Shown here: positions 60,013-64,000 of the stretch, piece after piece
Position numbering within the stretch: position 1 is the first letter of the stretch
How the letters are laid out: every line of letters begins with the position of its first letter
Assembly (NCBI GenBank): GCA_963727805.1
Contig: CAVSHF010000005.1
Coordinates: 832,001-896,000, forward strand
Direction: 5' to 3'
Length of the DNA: 64,000 nucleotides
Origin: an uncultured Nitrospiraceae bacterium
Lineage (GTDB): Bacteria; Nitrospirota; Thermodesulfovibrionia; Thermodesulfovibrionales; Dissulfurispiraceae
Made by a program: the position numbers and the translations under genes
The notes under the pieces: generated by a model
Database searches by the model: none
Told to the model about the DNA's origin: nothing
Seen by the model: the letters and a program-made list of their open reading frames with translations, nothing else

Positions 60013-61209
60013 ATGATTCATAAGAAGCTTGCATTAAGACTATTTGAAGCCTCTTATATTCAGAGGTGGAATGAAAAAATAAGGCCGGTCGAATTAACCG
60101 AGCTTGATAAGCACGCCCACAAGATGATCATCGCCTATTGCCTGGCGAAATACGAGGAATTGAAAGGAGAGAAGATCGAGTGGCATTCCATCATCAAAAG
60201 CGGAATCTATGAGCTGCTGCGAAGAGTCGTTATTTCAGATATTAAGTCCCCTATCTATACAAAAATTAAGAATGAATTTAAGAATGAATATGCTGAACTA
60301 AACAAATGGGTTTTCAAGAATCTGGCGACAGAATTAACAGGGCTTGCCAAAGGCTCTTTAAAAGAAGAGATATTGCAGTACCTGACAACGGAAGACTATT
60401 TTGATGAAAAGACAAACGCAATCATGAAGGCAGCACATGGTTATGCGAGCTACTGGGAATTCCAGATTATACGTCAAGCAAACCCCTTCGGTTATCAGAT
60501 TCCCGAAATTCACAAACTGATGATAAACGATCTGGAAAATCATCTTGACCTGATAGGGATGAGGAAGATATTGACGGAGCACAAGATATCGGATTTTATC
60601 AGCCTCTGTGGACAGCTTCGATTCCAAATAAGGTGGGGGCATACACCCCGAATCCCCAAAACCTCTGTTCTTGGGCATATGCTATTAGTGGCGTGCATCA
60701 GCTACCTTCTAACAAGAGAGTTGGATGCCTGCCCCGCTAGAATCTACAATAACTTCTTCGGAGGTCTTTTCCATGACTTGCCCGAAGTTGTTACAAGAGA
60801 TATCATCTCCCCTGTCAAAAATGCCGTTGAAGGAATGCCTGAAGCGATAAGCCAGATTGAGAGAGAGCTTGCGGCCGCCGAGATTTACCCGTTGCTTGAA
60901 GATCCTTGGATACCTGAGTTCAAGTATTTTACTGAAAACGAATTCGAAGGCAAGATTATGAAAGATGGGAAGGTGGAATTTGTCTCAAGCGAAGACATTA
61001 ACAATCGTTACAATGAGGATGCATTTAGCCCTATAGACGGCAAGCTTATTGAAGTGTCCGACAAATTTTCTGCTTTTTTGGAAGCCTATGCAGCCGATTC
61101 AATCGGCATAAAAACGCCTCATCTCCAGGAGGGGCTGCAAATTCCCAAGAAGTTTAAAGATACTTCGGTGGCCGGATTGTCTATTTCAGAGCTTTTCGTA
61201 GATTTTTAA
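60013..61209 (+). CDS. Tandem HD-domain phosphohydrolase (YfbR/5'-deoxynucleotidase-like)
   Basis: QRWN..ELDK.AHK, RW..SVLGH..FHDLPE..TRDIISPVK, DK..AFLEA. Confidence 0.85.
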   Translation: MIHKKLALRLFEASYIQRWNEKIRPVELTELDKHAHKMIIAYCLAKYEELKGEKIEWHSIIKSGIYELLRRVVISDIKSPIYTKIKNEFKNEYAELNKWVFKNLATELTGLAKGSLKEEILQYLTTEDYFDEKTNAIMKAAHGYASYWEFQIIRQANPFGYQIPEIHKLMINDLENHLDLIGMRKILTEHKISDFISLCGQLRFQIRWGHTPRIPKTSVLGHMLLVACISYLLTRELDACPARIYNNFFGGLFHDLPEVVTRDIISPVKNAVEGMPEAISQIERELAAAEIYPLLEDPWIPEFKYFTENEFEGKIMKDGKVEFVSSEDINNRYNEDAFSPIDGKLIEVSDKFSAFLEAYAADSIGIKTPHLQEGLQIPKKFKDTSVAGLSISELFVDF

Positions 61210-61405
61210 GCAAGAAGAGATCCCTTCTGAAAAGGCACCAATGGATCATATTTGACCTCAATTTGACTTAAGTTAGACGTTCAGAATGCCGTTGATAGCC
61301 AATCCATCAATGTCTGCACGGCGTGACAAATTATGGTTCCTAAAGCGACAACTTATCGTTCACGTCACAGATTGATTCCCTTTTTCTGTCTCTTTCTTCC
61401 CTTAT

Positions 61406-61615
61406 TTACAGGTCAAAGAAGCCCATGCGACCGCCCCCCGCTTCACAGACAGGCACGACTTTTACTGCAAGACCAGCCGATGTTGCGCGAGCTTGAAGTT
61501 CAGCAGCAATTGAGTTCTGATCGCCATTTATCTTTCGACCAAATGGATCATTCATGGGAATAATGATAAAATCAACGCTTTGTTACTTGATGTGTGCAAC
61601 TTTGAAGTAGGGCAT
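61406..61615 (-). pseudogene. Small hypothetical gene with an in-frame stop
   Basis: AGGAGG RBS; MPYFKVAHIK*QSVDFIIIP..ELQARATSAGLA..VVPV..GGGRMGF, TAA at codon 11. Confidence 0.55.
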
Positions 61616-61694
61616 TAGGGCCTCCTTTTATGTCTGTCTTGGCAAAGTGCCTGCTAGTCTTCTTAACTATCTAGACCGGGCTTTGTCGCTGAGT

Positions 61695-62924
61695 TTAAAT
61701 GCCCCTCTTATCCCCTGTTCCTTTTTTCGTTATCGCCCCGATCCTTACATTGTTTCTGGCAATCAAATCTCTTATGTCCCCTCTCTCATCAAGATGTAGA
61801 AAATTCCCCGTTGTTTTCAAGACACTTTCTCTACAAACTGCTATATGTCGCCTCTTTAGATGTTCGATAACGCTCTGTATCTCATCACAGGTTATAGCGT
61901 AATACTCCATACTGAAGGGATCAGCAATAACCTTATAAAAAAAGGGCAGGTAGAGCAGATCTTTTGTCAATTCTGTCTTTCCTAATTCATTCCTTTCGCA
62001 GAATGTTATAAGATTTTCGGGGAAATTCTCAAAGATCATTATTAATCCCGAAAATAACAGGTACTGAATCTTTAATGGGATATCATAGAAAAGAATATGC
62101 CTCCGCTTAATGACAGGAAAGTCAATTCGTTGTGCCATGGATTCATGGTCCAGTAACCCCTTATCGAATCCCCAGTTGTAGGCAATTTTTATAAACTGCT
62201 GCAAGACACTGTAAAACAGAAATGAATAGGCATAGCGATCGCCGAAACTGAAGATACCAGTCTCCAAAATTTTATATAGCTCTTTTATGGCCCTCAGCCC
62301 ATATGAGTCTGGGTCTACAAACTCTGGTTCCGATTTTGAGAAGTCAAATCCGCACTTATAACAGATCGGGAAATTCTTGTAATAATAACTTCTTCTCAGC
62401 GTTATCGGTATACCGCACTGGGAGCACCGGTCTAATAAGAAGCATCCATGAACAATGCAGGCAGTCGAAAAAGAAAGCCTCCACCTCTTCCTAAAATATC
62501 TGGCGTGGTGCGCTTTTAAGCATAGTGGGCAAAACCTCAGACCGTATCCCTTCGTTATCCTGCTGCGGATAACCAGGGGCTGTATGAATGGCATGCTTGT
62601 GGCTGATATCTCTTCGGCAAGATACCCCTGGTAGGACTTGAGAGTAAGGTTGCAAAGTATTTCATTGCTCAAGAGACACTTGTGCTCAAGCGCCTCCAAA
62701 AGCTTTTGATCAGGTGAAATATCCACATCTCTTGTCCATAAGATATTTTTCCATTCGGGCAGATAAAGGTTTACAAATGTGGCAGGATCCGTCAAGTGAG
62801 CAAGGGCAGTTCTAGTCAGCCATGAACTGAGAAGTTCATCATCCTGAGGAGTAAGACAATATCGGAATTTGTTATTTGCGAAATTGATACGCTTGCTGTC
62901 TATCTTATAAGCAAGAAGGCTCAT
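61695..62924 (-). CDS. tniQ: TniQ-family transposition protein
   Basis: P..DELLSSWL.R.A, RFCPLCL..W....C..H..L.DRC..C and CYKCG; ATGA overlap with the tniB stop. Confidence 0.88.
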   Translation of the reverse strand: MSLLAYKIDSKRINFANNKFRYCLTPQDDELLSSWLTRTALAHLTDPATFVNLYLPEWKNILWTRDVDISPDQKLLEALEHKCLLSNEILCNLTLKSYQGYLAEEISATSMPFIQPLVIRSRITKGYGLRFCPLCLKAHHARYFRKRWRLSFSTACIVHGCFLLDRCSQCGIPITLRRSYYYKNFPICYKCGFDFSKSEPEFVDPDSYGLRAIKELYKILETGIFSFGDRYAYSFLFYSVLQQFIKIAYNWGFDKGLLDHESMAQRIDFPVIKRRHILFYDIPLKIQYLLFSGLIMIFENFPENLITFCERNELGKTELTKDLLYLPFFYKVIADPFSMEYYAITCDEIQSVIEHLKRRHIAVCRESVLKTTGNFLHLDERGDIRDLIARNNVRIGAITKKGTGDKRGI

Positions 62925-63823
62925 ACATCTACCAGTGCAAGCCCGCGTCTCTGGGATGGCCTGATAAATCCACACTCCTTTATAATATCCTCTGTTATCT
63001 TCTCGCTACCTGATTTTATCCCAAATATGGCCGCCTCGCTGATGACGCTGATTATCTCCCCAATTAATCCCTCGCTTAAAGCCAAGACCGTCCTGCCTAT
63101 TTTGCTGTTTGTCGATATCTTGGAGAGTTTTCTTAACGGCAACATCATTTCTATGCTTGCAAGCAGGGATGCGTAATCCGCATTGAGTCTCCAAAGCGGG
63201 AGCAACATTGGCCTGAATCTACTACTGATCTGCATGTCGGTACTGGTGGCATTTAGAGCATCCTTTATACCAACAAGGACTATAGGTAGCATCAGCGCAT
63301 TGCTGATATTCTTCAGCGCGTTCATAAAAGCTTTCTGCTTTGGAACCGACCCACTTAAGATATTGTGGATCTCATCTACAATGAGCACCCCAACGCCCAT
63401 ACTTTCAAAATGATATTTTATTTCTGATGCCTTTTTAGTTAAAGAATCGCTCTTTCTGTGGGGAATTAGTATTGTGTCCAGGATTGCATCATAAAGACCG
63501 TTCGGATCAGGAGTGATCGGTGCCTGCACACAAACTACCGACATTGCCGGTTCTTCCCTTCCATCCGTTGGCAGATGTAATCTCTCGAATTTCTTAACCA
63601 GACTCGTTTTGCCGTTATGACTGTCACCAATAATCAAAAGACATGGCATCCTCGATTTCTTCGGTTCATTTAACAGGTCCTCCATCTTCAGGAGAATTAC
63701 TTCAGCCTTTGGATACATAATAAATTTGTCCGCCTTTATATATCGTATCCGTTCGCGGTCAGGGCTCCACAGCAGTTCCTCTGCTTCCGGGCTTAGAACT
63801 ATTTTATCCTGCACAATATCCAT
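62921..63823 (-). CDS. tniB: TniB-family NTP-binding protein
   Basis: P..SRMPCLLIIGDSHNGKT, LIVDEIHN.L.G, VLVG..Q..SRF and SEG.IGE. Confidence 0.92.
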   Translation of the reverse strand: MDIVQDKIVLSPEAEELLWSPDRERIRYIKADKFIMYPKAEVILLKMEDLLNEPKKSRMPCLLIIGDSHNGKTSLVKKFERLHLPTDGREEPAMSVVCVQAPITPDPNGLYDAILDTILIPHRKSDSLTKKASEIKYHFESMGVGVLIVDEIHNILSGSVPKQKAFMNALKNISNALMLPIVLVGIKDALNATSTDMQISSRFRPMLLPLWRLNADYASLLASIEMMLPLRKLSKISTNSKIGRTVLALSEGLIGEIISVISEAAIFGIKSGSEKITEDIIKECGFIRPSQRRGLALVDV

Positions 63824-64000
63824 CAACGTCTTTCATCCTCATCTGACTCTCTGCGAATCACTTCTATGTCTTTGAAAGGCTTGGGGTTTGTAAAAATATC
63901 ATCAACCCGAGCTTCCACCGCTTTCCGAGTGCTTTCAGGTTCGTCCTTAACAGCCTTATGAAGAGGTTCGGCTTTCCCTTCGTCCGTCTGTCCCGTGCCT
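63823..64000 (-). CDS. tniA: C-terminal end of a TniA/TnsB-like DDE transposase (partial, runs off the window)
   Basis: ..DDIFTNPKPFKDIEVI..* ending; TGATG coupling to tniB. Confidence 0.6.
   Translation of the reverse strand, partial: GTGQTDEGKAEPLHKAVKDEPESTRKAVEARVDDIFTNPKPFKDIEVIRRESDEDERR

Larger units (their letters stand above)
21950..64000. mobile_element. Large TniABQ (Tn5053/Tn7-superfamily) transposon carrying a defence/conflict island; far end beyond the window
   Basis: TGT end with repeats interrupting a host gene; tniA'-tniB-tniQ at 61.7-64 kb; TnsE-like gene; only accessory genes in between. Confidence 0.72.

Noticed and set aside
58200..61300. Run of co-oriented orphan genes as an integron cassette array
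   Set aside because: No attC-like RYYYAAC..GTTRRRY structures between the genes and no integron integrase in the window.
61695..64000. TniQ as part of a CRISPR-associated transposon (CAST)
   Set aside because: No Cas12k, Cascade genes or array anywhere in the visible cargo.

Overview
The window has two parts. (1) 1-21,949 is host chromosome, probably from an anaerobic Nitrospirota/Desulfobacterota-like bacterium (inferred from gene content). It carries TPR and PilZ proteins, peptidoglycan recycling genes (NamZ-like, MurU-AmgK fusion), a B12 radical SAM enzyme, PAS sensor kinases, a NarL-family regulator, an MCP, and ahcY, metK, asd, leuB and miaA. (2) From 21,950 to past the right edge lies an apparent >42-kb Tn5053/Tn402-type (TniA-TniB-TniQ) transposon. 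One end (TGTCATTTCCAAAAGATAACTTAAC plus three ATAACTTAAC repeats) cuts a SAM-methyltransferase gene, and tniA'-tniB-tniQ lie at 61.7-64 kb. The cargo is a conflict/defence island: an RHS toxin with immunity gene and a YD/Ig/FG-GAP partner; a soluble transglycosylase overlapping a nuclease-LysM gene; AbiV; a TnsE-like gene; a metallophosphoesterase/permuted-papain/DUF6765 cluster behind a terminator-containing leader; a TM0106 nuclease; a NADAR-SIS/HAD-PRTase-ATPase-X-PfkB operon; a Dcm/Vsr/EcoRII-C R-M system flanked by two paralogous PD-(D/E)XK genes; and a LexA-controlled ORF that looks like a concatemer of segments from several unrelated antitoxins. The best candidates for undescribed systems are that poly-antitoxin, the transglycosylase/nuclease-LysM pair and the NADAR-PRTase operon. 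No rRNA, tRNA or CRISPR array was seen. All family calls come from recognising motifs by eye; no searches were run.
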